From the human T2T-CHM13v2.0 reference genome, Homo sapiens, in assembly GCF_009914755.1 (NCBI RefSeq), contig NC_060925.1: DNA of 64,000 bases, one strand, 5' to 3'. Below the pieces are notes generated by a model. It was given only the letters and a program-made list of their open reading frames with translations. It ran no database searches and was not told where the DNA came from. Shown here piece by piece: positions 30,269 to 50,360 of the stretch (positions are counted from its first letter, which is position 1; each line of letters starts with the position of its first letter). Both the position numbers and the translations under genes were made by a program.

Positions 30269-30532
30269 TTACCTCACCCAGGAAGTGAAAGGGGTCAGGG
30301 AATTCCCTTTCCTAGCCAAGGGAAGCTGTGACAGATGGCACCTGGAAAATTGGGTCACTCCCACCCTAATACTGTGCTTTTCCAACGGTCTTAGCAAACG
30401 GCACACCAAGAGATTATATCCTGCACCTGGCTCGGAGGGTCCCATGCCCACAGAGCCTCCCTCATTGCTAGCACAGCAGTCTGAGATCAAACTGCAAGGT
30501 GGCAGCAAGGCTGGGGGAGGGGCACCCACCAT
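30269..30532 (-). CDS. ORF0: L1 antisense ORF0, open frame of 87 aa (expression unknown)
   Basis: MVGAPPPALLPPCSLISDCCASNEGGSVGMGPSEPG... aligns with L1Hs ORF0 (MAGAPPPASLPPCSLISDCCASN...); gcaATGg Kozak context. Confidence 0.6.
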   Translation of the reverse strand: MVGAPPPALLPPCSLISDCCASNEGGSVGMGPSEPGAGYNLLVCRLLRPLEKHSIRVGVTQFSRCHLSQLPLARKGNSLTPFTSWVR

Positions 30533-31104
30533 TGCTGAGGCTTGAGTAGGTAAACAAAGCGGCCTGGAAGCTCGAACTAGGTGGAGCCCACCGCAGCTCA
30601 AGATGGCCTGCCTGCCTCTGTAGACTCCACCTCTGGGGGCAGGGCATAGCCAAACAAAAGGCAGAGAAACCTCTGCAGACTTAAATGTCCCTGTCTGACA
30701 GCTTTGAAGAGTGCAGTGGTTCTCCCAGCAAGGAGTTTGAGATCTGAGAATGGAGAGACTGCCTCCTCAAGTGGGTCCCTGACCCCTGAGTAGCCAAACT
30801 GGGAGGCACCCCCAGTAGGGGCAGACTGACACCCACATGGCTGGGTACCCCTCTGAGACGAAGCTTCCAGAGGAACAATCAGGCAGCAACATTTGCTATT
30901 CACCAATATTCACTGTTCTGCAGCCTCCACTGCTGATACCCAGGCAAAGAGGGTCTGAAGTGAACCTCCAGCAAACTCCAACAGACCTGCAGCTGAGGGT
31001 CCTGACTATTAGAAGGAAAACTAACAAACAGAAAGGACATCCACACCAAAACCCCATCTGTACATCAGCATCATAAAAGACCAAAGTTAGATAAAACCAC
31101 AAAG

Positions 31105-32108
31105 ATGGGGAAAAAACAGAGCAGAAAAGCTGAAAATTCTAAAAATCAGAGCGCCTCTCCCCCTCCAAAGGAACACAGCCCCTCGCCAGCAACAGAACAA
31201 AGCTGGATGGAAAATGACTTTGATGAGTTGAGAGAAGGCTTCAGATGATCAAACTTGTCCGAGCTAAAGGAGGAAGTCTGAACCCATCGCAAAGAAGCTA
31301 AAAATCTTGAAAAAAGATTAGATGAATGGCCAACTAGAATAACCAGTGTAGAGAAGTCCTTAAATGACCTGACGGAGCTGAAAACCACGGCACGAGAACT
31401 ACCTGAAGCATGCACAAGCTTCAGAAGCCAATCTGATCAACTGGAAGAAAGGGTATCAGTGATTGAAGATCAAATGAATGAAATGAAGCGAGAAGAGAAG
31501 TTTAGAGTAAAAAGAAATGAACAAAGCCTCCAAGAAATATGGGACTATGTGTAAAGACCAAATCTACGTCCAACTGGTGTACCTGAAAGTGACAAGGAGA
31601 ATGGAACCAAGTTGGAAAACACTCTACAGGATATTATCTAGGAGAACTTCCCCAACTTAGCAAGGCAGGCCAACATTCAAATTCAGGAAATACAGAGAAT
31701 GCCACAAAGATACTCCTCGAGAAGAGCAACTCCAAGACACATAATTGTCAGTTCACCAAAGTTGAAATGAGGGAAAAAATGTTAAGGGCAGCCAGAGAGA
31801 AAGGTCGGGTTACCCACAAAGGGAAGCCCATCAGACTAACAGCAGATCTCTCAGCAGAAACTCTACAAGCCAGAACAGAGTGGGGACCAATATTCAACAT
31901 TCTTAAAGAAAATAATTTTCAACCCAGAATTTCATATCCAGTGAAACTAAGCTTCATAAGTGAAGGAGAAATAAAATCCTTTCCAGACAAGCAAATGCTG
32001 AGAGATTTTGTCATCACCAGGCCTGTCCTGCAAGAGCTCTTGAAGGAAGCACTAAACATGGAAAGGAACAACAGGTACCAGCCACTGCAAAAACATGCCA
32101 AATTGTAA
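31105..32108 (+). pseudogene. ORF1: L1 ORF1, disrupted
   Basis: ATG GGG AAA AAA CAG start; in-frame stops and a frameshift; C-terminal ORF 31767..32108 ends QKHAKL. Confidence 0.93.
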
Positions 32109-32171
32109 AGACCATTGATGCTAGGAAGAAACTGCATCAACTAACGAGCAAAATAACCAGCTAACATCATA

Positions 32172-36322
<4,151 letters not shown>

Positions 36323-36773
36323 ACAATGAGAACACTCGGACACAGGAAGAGGAACATCATACACCGGGGCCTGTTGTGTGGTGGGGGTAGGGGGGAGGGA
36401 TAGCATTAGGAGATAAACCTAATGTAAATGACAAGTTAATGGGGGCATCACACCAACATGGCACATGTATACATATGTAACAAACCTGCATGTTGTGCAC
36501 ATGTATCCTAGAACCTAAAGTATACTAATAAAAAAAAAGAAAATATCTTCATTTTATTTCCTTTCTCCTTTATCATGTGACATAAGATTTATCGATTTCA
36601 CATCAGCATTTAAATATTGTTAACTTTATGTAATAGTATTTGGGTTGGGGATTGGTGCATTTCCCGTTGTACGAAGGATAGTTGTATTATGTTAGGTGCA
36701 ATTACAACCTTATTATTGTCTTTATTTGAAGATTATGTATGATCTCAGGAGATGTGTATGGGTTCAAGTTGAC

Positions 36774-36785
36774 AAGGGGTGGGCT
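36774..36785 (+). other. Polypurine tract before the 3' LTR
   Basis: aaggggtgggct immediately 5' of the LTR TG. Confidence 0.7.
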
Positions 36786-37209
36786 TGTGATGGTAATACT
36801 GAGTTGAGTGTCAACTTGATTGGATTGAAGGATATAAAGTATTTATCCTGGGTGTATCTGTGAGGGTGTTCCCATAGGAGATTAACATTTGAGTCAGTCG
36901 GCCGGGAAAGGCAGACCCACCCTTAATGTGGGTGGGCACAATCTAATCAGCTGCCAGCGAAGCTAGAATATAAGCAGGCAGAAAAATGTGAAAAGAGAGA
37001 CTGGCTTAGCTTCCCAGCCTACAATTTTCTCCCATGTTGGATGCTTCCTGCCCTGGAATATCGAACTCCAAGTTCTTCAGTTTTGGAACTCGAACTGATT
37101 CTCCTTGTTTCTCACTGGGCAGACAACCTATTGTGGGGCCTTGTGATTACGTGAGTTAATACTTAACAAACTCATATATATATATATATACTGCTTTAGT
37201 TCTGTCCCT
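36786..37209 (+). mobile_element. 3' LTR, MLT2A1, terminal ~22 bp missing
   Basis: Homologous to the 5' LTR up to tagttctgtccct. Confidence 0.92.
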
Positions 37210-37223
37210 TATGTTTAACCCAC

Positions 37224-38098
<875 letters not shown>

Positions 38099-39192
38099 TT
38101 ATGTAATTCAGCCCCCTGTTTTCTCCCTGCCTTTAGTGTCATCCTTACCACCCATTTTACAGATGGGAAAACCAAAGTCTGTGTATACCAGCCCTCTATT
38201 CACTGCATGTAATTTGCACAGAGGATAACCTTGCAACCCAGCAGTTGAGAAATGGGGTAAGAATACATGGACATGGCATAGATTAGCTGTTTTAAATTGT
38301 GTTTCAAAATGTGCTAGTAATTTGAGAGAGGTACATTACATCCTCTCAAAAAATTACAGTGTTTGAGCCTAGGGCCCTCCTCCCAGCTGGAAAAGAATGT
38401 TGGGCTAGAAGAAGACAAACGACCATCTGTTCCTAATTTTTCAGGTGACAAAGGCATTGGGAGATGTGAAACATCCTGATTACAAGTATTGGGCAAAATA
38501 GCAGGGGAAAGCTGAGCTTAGATCATTTCTCTCTGGACAGGAATTAAACAGAGAAATAAGCACTGCTAGAGTAAATTTGGGATTTGGGTTCTAGCCCCAG
38601 GTCTGGTTATGGAGCAAGTCACTGTGGGGAAAGGCTCCTTCACTGGAGCCCTCTTCAGCGGGAGAGAGCAGCCAGCCTCTGCCTCTCTCATCCTCATGGG
38701 GTGATCTGGAGAACCAATAAATTATCCCATGGAAGGTGCTTTGGAAAATACAATTTTAAGTGCTAAAGGAATGTTGTGAATGTTCAAGCATGGACAGTCC
38801 ATGACAAATCCTGGAGGTGACCGTCCTGGCCAGCTGCGAGTGGCACTAGCAGTAAAGAAGTGAGGAAATATGTTGACTTAGTTTTAGGGCCCAGAGGTCT
38901 AGAAAACAAAGCCTGAACCTGCAGATGGAAGTCAAAAAGCTTCAGGTGTGGGCAAGGTTAGGCCAAAACCACATGAATGAAACTCTCACATGGCGGCCAA
39001 GCATGTGACTCTAGAGAGGCCACCTAAGTTTAAATCCCCGCCCCACTACTGACTAGCTGTGGGATCTTGAGCATGTCATTAACCATGGGCTTTTGTTTCC
39101 TCATCTGCAAGACAGGAATTATCACACCTTCTTCCTAGGGTGGAGAGGACTGAATAATTTTTGTGAGGTGTTTGATGCAAGCACATACCCAA

Positions 39193-39415
39193 TTTAAGAG
39201 TGTGGGCTCTGGAGCCAGAATGCTTGTGTTTAAATCCTTGCTATAATACTTTCTAGCTATACCATATCAGGCAAGTTACAGCTTCTCTGTGCCTCAGTTT
39301 TCCCATCTATAACATGAGGATAAGAGTGTTAGCTCCCTTATAAGGGTGTTGTGAGGATTAAATGAGTTAATCCATATAAATATTTAGGCCTGGCATATAA
39401 TAAGCCCTCAATAAA
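39193..39415 (+). mobile_element. MIR SINE
   Basis: aagagtgtgggctctggagccaga...gtgaggattaaatgagtt. Confidence 0.8.
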
Positions 39416-39432
39416 TGGAGTTTTTACATAAT

Positions 39433-39840
39433 TGTATTAGGTCATTCTTGTGTTGCTATAAAGGAGTACCTGAGACTGGGTAATTTATTAAAAAAAGAGG
39501 CTTACTTGACTCATGGTTCTGCAGGCATTACGGGAAGCACAGTTTTGGCATTTGCTCAGCTTCTAGGGAGGCCTCAGGAGGCTTATAATCTTGGCAGAAG
39601 GTGAAGGGGGAGCAGACACATCAAATGGCAAAAGCAGGAGCAAGAGACAGAGTGAAGGGAAAGGTGCCACACACTTTTAAATGACCAGATCTTTCAAGGA
39701 CTCACTATCTTGAAGACAGCACCAAACCATTAAGGATCCACTCTCATGACCCAAACATCTCCCACCAGGCTCCATCTCCAGAATTGAGGGTTAAAATTCA
39801 ACAAGAGATTTGGGCAGGGACAAATATCCAAACTATATCA
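39433..39840 (-). mobile_element. MSTA/MSTB MaLR solo LTR
   Basis: tgtattagg...aactatatca; TSD ataat/atgat. Confidence 0.87.
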
Positions 39841-39859
39841 ATGATCATATTTATTATAA

Positions 39860-40169
<310 letters not shown>

Positions 40170-42683
40170 TCATTATAATTAATTATTATTACTGAATGTA
40201 CTTTGATACTGAGTCAGAATCCTCAAATATTTTCAGACCTGCATAAAACCTAAAGGGAGAGCAAACTCCCAGCACCCATGCAAGAGTTGGCTCACTAATA
40301 CTTTAAGTGCATGTTATTGCTCTAAACAAATAGAAGCTGTCTCTGAGTTTGGATATCAGTGGACTTGAACACATATTAGGATAATCTCTTAACTATGTCT
40401 GATAAGTATTCATTGTGGTATAAATCCGTGTTGCAATGAAGGGCCCTAGTAACCATTCCCTGGGCTACTGAGCCTCCGTATGGTTACAGCATCCAGGAAG
40501 CTGGAAAAGTTGCTGGAATGTGGCTGATTCCCCAGTCATCCCACCTCTGTTCACAATCATTCCATATTACAAAAATAACACAACTTTGTTATTTTTGGTT
40601 CCTCACACCTAACACAAGTCCTGGCGTGCAGTATGTGCTCCATAAATGTGATAAATTAATGAGTGAAGCATTAGTAAAAAGATTGAATAAGGAATAAACA
40701 CTCTCCTTGATTATTGAGAAGGGGAAAGTGGTCTCACAACTCATGTGGCTTGGGCTGTGGGACACCCTGAGTATTCACTGGTGGCCAGAAGAAAAAAGAA
40801 GAGTGGTTCTTAGAGAAGAATGATTCTGGAAGGATGGTAACCAGATATGCCAGAAGTCCATATTGCAATATCCTGGGGATTTTTCCAAACTTTTGTTCAA
40901 CTAAGATGGATTCTGATACCCAGGTGAAGTGGACATAGAAGTAGAGGTCCCTGGGGAGAAGGCCATGGTGGCTATCAGGTAGTCGTAGTCCTTTTGTTTC
41001 ACCATGACCTAACCAGTGCTTGGGGACAGGGCATAAAGAGGGCATGGCTGGAGGATTTGTGGGAGGTACAGAGGGGAAGAGCAGGACTGGACACTTGGTA
41101 GGGCTGCTGCTCAACAGGATGTGAATTTGGCAGGCCCTGGTCAAAGTGGAGAATGGGAAGCAAAGCAGCAAGCATTTATTGAATTTCCACTTTGTGCCAA
41201 GAACTATGTGCTGTTCATATATCATCTCTCTTAATTCTATTCTTAATCCCCATTTTTTAGAAGAGAAAAGTAACTTCAAAGTAATTAAGCATTTCTCCTA
41301 GATCACACAGGTTCAAACTGACCAGTACGAGATTCAATTTCTGGTTCATTTTGATTTCAGAGCCCTTGAAAATTTCAGGAAACTTTGCTCCTCTCCAGGC
41401 TTGTGTCCTAGGTAATCAAGGTAGCTATAGATTAGGAGGGAAGACTGCAGCTTTCTGGGCAGGCAGATATCTAGACTAGAACCCCAGACCCCAGGTCACA
41501 AAGTACATGCCAGATCCCACCTGTTGGTGGGGTTCTTCCTATTGGGTAGTGCCCACTGGTTGGCTTGGCTCAAGAACTGGGCATAGCAGAATCCACAGGT
41601 GGCAGGGATCAGGGCCTCCTGGGTAGCTCCTGGAAACACAATCACACAGCCCTAATCTTTAGGACTGATGGGCAGGGCCTGCCTTTCTTTCTTTCTGATT
41701 CAATCTCTATTTCCTCATCCATATAAAAGATACCTTATAGAGAAGGAAAAGGAGGAGATGAAATGAACTAATTAGAGGTTGTTGTTAACCTTCTATCAAT
41801 ATTTACATAAATGGATGAAACTGCTGGCCTCATTGCTGGGTCTCCCCAATATGATTACAAGCCTGGCAGAGAACAGGGAACAGGGTGAAGGGAGCACCAG
41901 GAACTGAGTGGCTTTCAGCGGGCACCTTGCAAATAGTCCTGTGATCTTATGCAAATTTTTAACCTTGCTGGGCTTCAGTCAAATATTCTATAAAAAAGAC
42001 TCACAAACAAAAATGTAAATGATGCTTTTTAAACCTGATGAAGAAGCAACATAAATGTTGAATAGTGTTAATAGTACCTTTAAATTGATCATAAAAATTC
42101 TACATCTATTTAGTTGCCAAAATGCTTCTGCATACATTGCTGTAGCAAAATCTCCTAAAAGCCCTGCGATGTGGGCTAGAAGGTGCAATTCTCAACCTCA
42201 TAGACTGGAAAACCAAGTCTCTGAGAGAATACACTTGGTCCCACATCGAAAAGTTGAAAACAGAGCTGAAAGCAGATACTAGAGAATTGGAGTCACATGA
42301 TGTAGAAAATGCAAATGGCACCAGATGAAACATAGCTTCAGAACAGTTCAATGAAAATGATAAGACAGTGAAATGTTGCTATGTCATTATAGAAATGAAA
42401 AAACAGAGCTTCAGAGAGGTTAAGAAACTAGTGCCAAAATACAGTACTGTACTGGGGCTGAGCTATGAACCTAAGACTGTCTAATCCCCTCAAACTTTAT
42501 GTTTATTTCCTTAGCCAGGCTGCAGACTGTAAGCCATTCTTTAATTTAGCAAGTCATTATTGAGTTCTCTTATATGCCAAGTTCTGACCTATACCCTGGA
42601 GAAACAACAATGAACAGAGTCTCTGCTCTCATGAAGTTGATATACTGATAATTAATAAGCAAGGAGGAATTGTACCTAGGTGG

Positions 42684-43496
42684 CATTACGGCTTGAATTA
42701 GGTTCACCCCCCAAAAAATATGTTGCTGTCTTAACCCCTAGTACTTCAGAATGCAAGCTTATTTGGACATAAATTCATTCCAGATGTAATTACAGGCAGT
42801 CCCCAACTTAAAATAGTTCAATTTATGATTTTTTTGACCCTATGATTGTTAAACCAATGCACATTCAGTAGAAATCGTACTTCACATTTTAGATTTTGAT
42901 CTTTTATTTTTATTATTTTTATTTTTTAATCATAATATTTTTAGTTTCATTATTATAAACTAGAATTGTGTTAGATGATTTTGTCCAACTGTAATGTAAT
43001 GTTCTGAGCACACATAAGGTAGACCAGGCTAAGCTATGAGATTTGGTAGGTTAGGTGTACTAAATGCATTTTCAACTGACGATATCTTCAACTTACTATA
43101 CAATGGGCTTATTGGGATAAAACCCCATTGTGAGTCAAAAAGAAGCTGTACTTAAGTTGAGATGAGGTTATACTGGAGTAGGCTGGGCCATTAATCCAAT
43201 ATGACTGCTGTCCTTATAAGAAGAAGACAGAGACTCAGGGAGAAGACGACCATGTGAAGGAAGAGATAGAAATTGGAATGGTGCATTTACAAGGAACACT
43301 AAGGATTGCTGGCAAATGCAGAATTTAGGAAGAGACAAGGAAGGATTATCTCCTACAAGTTTCAGAGGGAGTGTGACCCTGTCCACACCTCGATTTTGGA
43401 TTTTTTGGCCTCCGGAACTGTGAGATGATAGATTTCTGTTGTTTTAAGATTCAATTTGAGGTACTTTTAAAATAGCAGCCCTAGGAAACTAATACA
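42684..43496 (+). mobile_element. MLT1B/C MaLR LTR interrupted by MER47
   Basis: Ends ggaaactaataca; perfect TSD GGTGG at 42679-83 and 43497-501. Confidence 0.85.
42793..43148 (-). mobile_element. MER47-type (Tigger) DNA transposon
   Basis: CAG...CTG ends flanked by TA on both sides; ggtaggttaggtgtactaaatgcattttc motif. Confidence 0.75.
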
Positions 43497-46400
43497 GGTG
43501 GTGATATATACTGCCTACAGCAATGAAACAAACAATAATACAAATTTAAAAATTCCAAAAAACCAAGTCTGCTTTTCTGAGACGGGTGGAAGACTGACAA
43601 AGACACTAAGACTTGGGGCTTCCTAGCTTCCTATGAGCAATATATGCCCTCGGCCGCTTGCCACATGTTTGCCTTACAGGCTCTCTTCCCCACCCTGCAG
43701 GCTTATCTACTGTGGCTGCTTCCCAGCTCACCTCTACGTGAACCTGACTTGAAAGGGTTTACTAAGCAAATTAATAATGTAAACAAGATTGCAGCTAGCA
43801 CCTTCCGTGCAGGAGCAGTGGCGAAGGCCTACTGCACAATAATTGTCTGCATACAAATGGATGCTGCAGCTGGAAATGAGTCTGTAATGCTCGGGAAAGC
43901 AGGCCATCAGGGCTTCTGATGGGGGACACTTTGGTACCCATTCAGATAATTTTTACTATTACACGAATCAAGGCAAATCCACAAAGTGCTTTATAACTTA
44001 CAATACTGTGTTTATCAGCTAGGCTTTTCATTTCCTCCTCGTAACAGCTCAGAAAGATGGGTATTAGAAAAGTTCCCATTTTATAGATAAAGACATTGAA
44101 GCTTGGAGAGGTTGGGAAACTAGTTGGAGACTCCATGTTTGACAGGCTGGGACCTCTAACCCTCGTGATCTGGTGTGTGGCTGGAGGCTTCCTAAAAAAA
44201 AAAAACAGGCCTTTTCAAAATTCAGTTGTTCACAGCCTTTTAATAATACCCAACCTTTAATTGATTACCGAACACTAAAAATTCATTTTATCATTTAGTT
44301 CTCACTATAAACTATGTGGTAGGTATTGTTACTCCCATAAAGAAACAGGCTCAGAGAGGTTATAACACTTTCCTAAGGCCACATGTGTGGGTGGCGAGAA
44401 CCAACTGAAGCCAAATGCCAGCTCTCATCAACCCATATCTTAATCCACTCTAGGGGGAGGGGTGGCTGTTAAAAATGCAGATTCCTGAGCTCCACAAAAC
44501 CTGCTGAATCCAAATTTCTGCGGGCAGACTCTGGATTGTTCATACTTAGTATGTTCCCTAGTGATCTGATGCTGCCATTCTCTTGAAAATGCCATTTTGC
44601 ATCCTCTTTTAGTCCAGCTTAGGGCTCCTTGACATCGCCTTCCCTAAGTTCTTTCTAGAAACTGGACATGACCTGAAAATGTGCTCCAATGAGCAGAGGA
44701 AATATAAAACAGCTGGTTCTGAAGCCAACACATCTCCACATGAAGGCTGAAGAGTGTCCCCAGCTGGGGTCAACAGAGGTGCCACCTCCACTGCCACCAC
44801 CAGGCAGCCACTGGGCTGAGGTGCCTGTCAGTGAGTGGAGAAAGCCCTTTGGGACTCCATTCTGGCATTTTCATTTATCATGCGAATGAAAGAAGTTAAA
44901 TTAGGTCATGCCAGGGACTCGTAAATCAAAATTGTGCCAGAGGGTTCTTCCATGGCCACAGCAGGGAGCTGTGCTGAGGGATCTTCAGATGCATCTATTT
45001 TTGAATTTTCTATCAAACCAAGGAGCTTCTGGTACCAGGCTTCTTTGGCATGAAGCATGTCCACTGTGCAGGTCTTGGATCTGCAGAGATGATTCATAGC
45101 CAGGCCAAAGCTTCTGGCACTGCTAAATCCAGACAGGGGAGCACCAAGTGCTTACCCTATGAGTTCAGTGAAAAAAGCTTCATGGGCTTTGGAGTTACAG
45201 GCTTACCTGGATTAGATCTAACTAATGCTTACTGCACAGGGCACTGATCCAGGCTGGACACTTATCTTCATAAAACTTATGTTCCAGAGGGCACACGCCT
45301 GGCCTCTGCCACTTATAAACTAGGGGACATAGGACAAATCCCTTAACATCTCTGAATCTCAACTCATCTATCTGAGCTCTTTTCACTGACACTTTGCAGG
45401 TGCTCAGTATATGCCACATACGATTCCATAAGTAAATTCCTCGTGTTTGCCAATGGGAGGATGCATTAGAGATATAGATAAGTAGTCCAAGGTTGACTTA
45501 TACTACTTAATGTATTAATTTAGTTACACATTCATTTGCTACACATGCATTCACTTCTGGTAGGAGGGTTCATGTGGATTTGCATCTGTTCTTTCCCTTG
45601 AGCCTAGGACTAAATGTCTGACTTCCTTTCTAATTCTCTGAAGTGAGACAGTCAAGCCCTTTGCACACAGTCAGCATTTGCTACCTGCTGCTGAATCATT
45701 GCCTGAATACATGAATAATTTGCTATGAAAGGAGTTGGTCTTCATTCAAAGCTCCAGCTACTTTGGATGAATTGGATTTCCAAATAAAGAAAAACTAGCA
45801 CCTCCAAGAAGCAGGGGGTCAGATATGGTCACCATCACATATAAAGATCCCACAGAGTTTTAGAAATGGGCTTGAGGTTGGACCCACCTGAAACTTGTGG
45901 GCTGCTGCAACTGCTGTCACCCACATCAGTGAGGAATAACTGGGTGTTTAATAAGTTCAAGCAAGCCAGGGACTGAGAGCTAAAGTATAGAATATTTGTT
46001 TTAGTTTTAGCAGGTTGTTCTCTTTTCCCTATCCATCATAATGAAGGTTCCTTAAATGTTGGTTTCCTTGTTCTGTGATAGACATTGGGCTTTGAAGAGA
46101 AACTCAGCAGAGTTCAAATCTTACCCTATCACTTGCTGGCCTTCAGACCCTGGGAGTACAGGGTACTCTCAGATTTCCCTGTAAATCAGGTGCTATAACA
46201 ATATTCACTCCCTAGGACTACTGTGAAGGTTAACTGAGGGGAAGCCTATGAAAGCACTTTGTAAACTATGGCTTTATGTGGATCTAATTAACATGACTAT
46301 TTTTATTCCCTTAGTGATCTCTATTTTCTTTTCTTCTTAACAATTACAGACTCGTGGGTTTGAAGGAGAGCAGGTTCATAGGCTGCCTAGTCAGAATTAA

Positions 46401-46595
46401 CTAGAGAGCTGGTTAAAATTCAGACTCCCTAGGGGCTACCTTAAACCCACTGAATCAGACCTGGGGAGAGCAGAGAGGACAGTGGGAACCTGTGGTGTAT
46501 AACGCAGCAAGCTTTGAGAAACATTGACCTAGTCTCTTAATATGTGCAACCTCTGCAACATCCCTGGAAAGTGGTGTTTTAATCATATTACCTTG

Positions 46596-47040
46596 GTGAG
46601 GTATGGTAAAACCAGGCGCAGGTCAAAAGAGAGACATCAGGAAAGCTCAGAGGTTTCATTACACTCACAGTTCTCTGAGGAAAACATAGCCTACCATGCA
46701 GGGCCACTCAAAGAAGTGTCAGGGTTGGTCACAGAGAGAGTGAGAGGGGGACTATGGCAAGAGACTTCATTGTGGTTTCTGAGGTAAGGAAAGGGCAAGG
46801 CAGGGCACACAGGGTTAGGATTGGCTAGTTTGGGTAATTCCAACGTGCTCTGTAGCACAGCGGCTGTCCCTAGTTGTCTGACACCTGGCCCTGGGGTGGT
46901 TAGGGTGGGTGGGTAGTGGCTCAAAGTGTGGGAACCCAGTAAGAGAAGAGGTTGGGATTGCAGACTTCATCGGCTTCTCAAGAAGGAAAACTGAGCAGCT
47001 TCTAGCCTGGGTCTCAAAACTATGACTGCGCACACATATA
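46596..47040 (-). mobile_element. MER74-like ERVL LTR
   Basis: ggattggctagtttg...gctgtccctagttgtctg...cctggccctggggtg; boundaries approximate. Confidence 0.55.
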
Positions 47041-48409
47041 CAAAAACCACAACAATAAGGCTATATTACAAATGGTCATCCCATTCTGCTTGTACATCTC
47101 CGGGGAGACAAAGCTTCCTGCCTTACCAGGCAGCCCCATCCATGTCTGGCCAACCGACTGTGACAATCTGGTTCCTGATACCACCTGACACCTGTCCTCC
47201 TGCAGCTTCTACTCCTTGGTCGTGGCTTCCTTTATTAGGGACACATGAACCAATCTCATCCTTCTTTCACATGATACCAGCACTTCCAGCATTTGAAATC
47301 AGGATCTTCTCCATCCTTGGGTTTGCCAGCAGGTCTTTATTTAACAGGAATTCAAGTCTCCTCTCCTCTTTTTCCTTCTCCTTGATCTCCCTTGTCTGAG
47401 CAGGGAAGGGTAAAGGCTTGAGAAGATGCTAAGACCATACAGGGACTTAGCCATGGAATTTGGACTAATGATAATTATAATAATTGCAGCTACTCGTCAC
47501 GGAGCAACAATCACACTTCAAGCATCAGATCAGTGCTTTACAGACAACTAATCTCATCCTCATAATAATCTTATAATTTGGGTATGATTGTATCCAGTAT
47601 ACAAATGGGTTAGTTGAGGTTCAGGGTGGAGGTGAACAGACTTGCCCATGGTCACTTGGCCAGTACCCCAAGAACTGGCACTGGAATGCAGGGCTGCCTG
47701 GCTGAGTTCAGATAAGGGTACCTGCCATTTCCCAACCCAGCCCTATTGGGCACCAAGAGGACAGGAATGAGAAAATTAGATGCTAAGCCAAAGCAAGAGG
47801 CCTGTCTACTGACCTGTGTGTGGGGCCCTCTCTGGGCCTCCTCTTTGGAGATGCCTCAGAGACTCAAATACCTGCTGGTTTTATCTGTGAGGCTGGTGGA
47901 ACTCCTTGTCAAACATCCAGGCATATTTTTGTCACTTTAAGAAATCAAGACAATTTCTTCACTTGACAAAGGTAAAATCTTTTAAAGCTTTGGAGGATTG
48001 GGAAAGGGAATAAGAAAGACATTAATAGAATGACATATTTTTAGTGTAACACTTCAGAGAAAAACTCTAGGGGAACAAAAAATAAAATGAGCGACCTAAA
48101 TATGGTTCTTTAAAATTTTTTTAAAAATACTATGAGCTTCAAAGGAGTGGGCTGTGCTGGATATTTGCATGCCCCAAATCTGTAAAGGATTTGAATACAA
48201 TGGAAAGTCCATGGGTGAAGACTCTCCTTTAGTCTGGTAAATTGTGCCACCCCTAATGTTGGGTTGACTACTTGCGAGCTGAGTGACCGGACAAAATACT
48301 AAACCTCTCTCGTTCTCAGTTTCATAATCTGTAAGATAAAGATGGTGGCACTGACCTCATTGAATTGTGGTGAGATATACATGAAATCATTTATGTGTGA
48401 AATACACGA

Positions 48410-48540
48410 AATATTTATACACAACTATAATAATATGGTCCTATATACCACATTATATATTATATAACATATACTATATAATAAATCTAATATATTATTA
48501 TATAATATATATTATATGTGTTAGATTAATTATTATGTAT
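48410..48540. repeat. AT-rich low-complexity tract
   Basis: Degenerate TA/TAA repeats. Confidence 0.8.
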
Positions 48541-48637
48541 TTTCAGGTTATTTTATTTGAAAATAGAACACATGGCTCATTTAGGAAGATTATTAAAATA
48601 TCTTCTGCTGCTTTTGCTAAGTTTCTGAGAAATAGGC

Positions 48638-49373
48638 CGTCTTAGCCTGAGCTGCTATAACAACATACCATAGACTGGGCAGCTTAAACAGGAATTTATT
48701 TCTCATAGTTTTTGAGGCTGGGAAGTCCAAGATCAAGATGCCAGCAGATTTGGTTCCTGGTGAGGACTGTCTTCTTGGCTTGTAGACAATCACCTTCTTG
48801 TGTAGCCTCCCATGGAACAGAGAGAGGAAGCTCTGGTCTCTTCCTACTCTTAAAAGGGCACTAATCTTACCATGGGACTCTACCCTCAATGACCTCATTT
48901 AAAGCTATTCACCTCCTGTATTAGTCCATTTTCACACTGATATAAAGATACCACCTGAGCCTGGATAGTTTATAAACAAAAGAGGGTTAATTGACTCACA
49001 GTTCCATGTGGCTGCGGAGGCTTCACAATCATGGAAGAAGGCAAATGGGAAGCAAGGCACATCTTACAGAGTGGCAGGAGAGAGAGAAAAATCAGAAGGA
49101 AGCTCCAGACATTTATCAAACAACCAGGTCTTGTGAGAACTCACTATCATGAGAACAGCAAGGGAGAAATCCGCTCCCATGATCCAATCACCTCCCACCA
49201 GGTCCCTCCCTTGACACGTGGGGATTACAATTCAAGATGAGATTTGGGTGGGGACATGGAGCTAAACTAGATCACTTCCCAAAGACATTTCCAAACATCA
49301 TCACACTGGGGATTAGAGCTTCAACATATGAATTTAGGGAACAGGAGGATACACAAACTTTCAATCCATAGCA
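48638..49373 (-). mobile_element. MLT1A-type LTR interrupted by THE1
   Basis: gctgctataacaacataccatagactgg...tccatagca; TSD taggc/tgggc. Confidence 0.82.
48917..49274 (-). mobile_element. THE1C/D LTR nested in MLT1A
   Basis: tgtattagtcc...gatgagatttgggtggggaca...atca; TSD cctcc/cttcc. Confidence 0.87.
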
Positions 49374-49438
49374 TGGGCAAATAGGTTCACAAACAACTGT
49401 TATGAGCTGATAGGAGCCTCCTCCTCATGGGTGCTGGA

Positions 49439-50360
<922 letters not shown>

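Noticed and set aside
36376-36400. G-quadruplex-like G tract
   Set aside because: Standard feature of the L1 3'UTR
40734-41279. 181-aa minus-strand ORF
   Set aside because: Begins in a MIR-like remnant with a non-ATG start; no recognisable domain or splice structure
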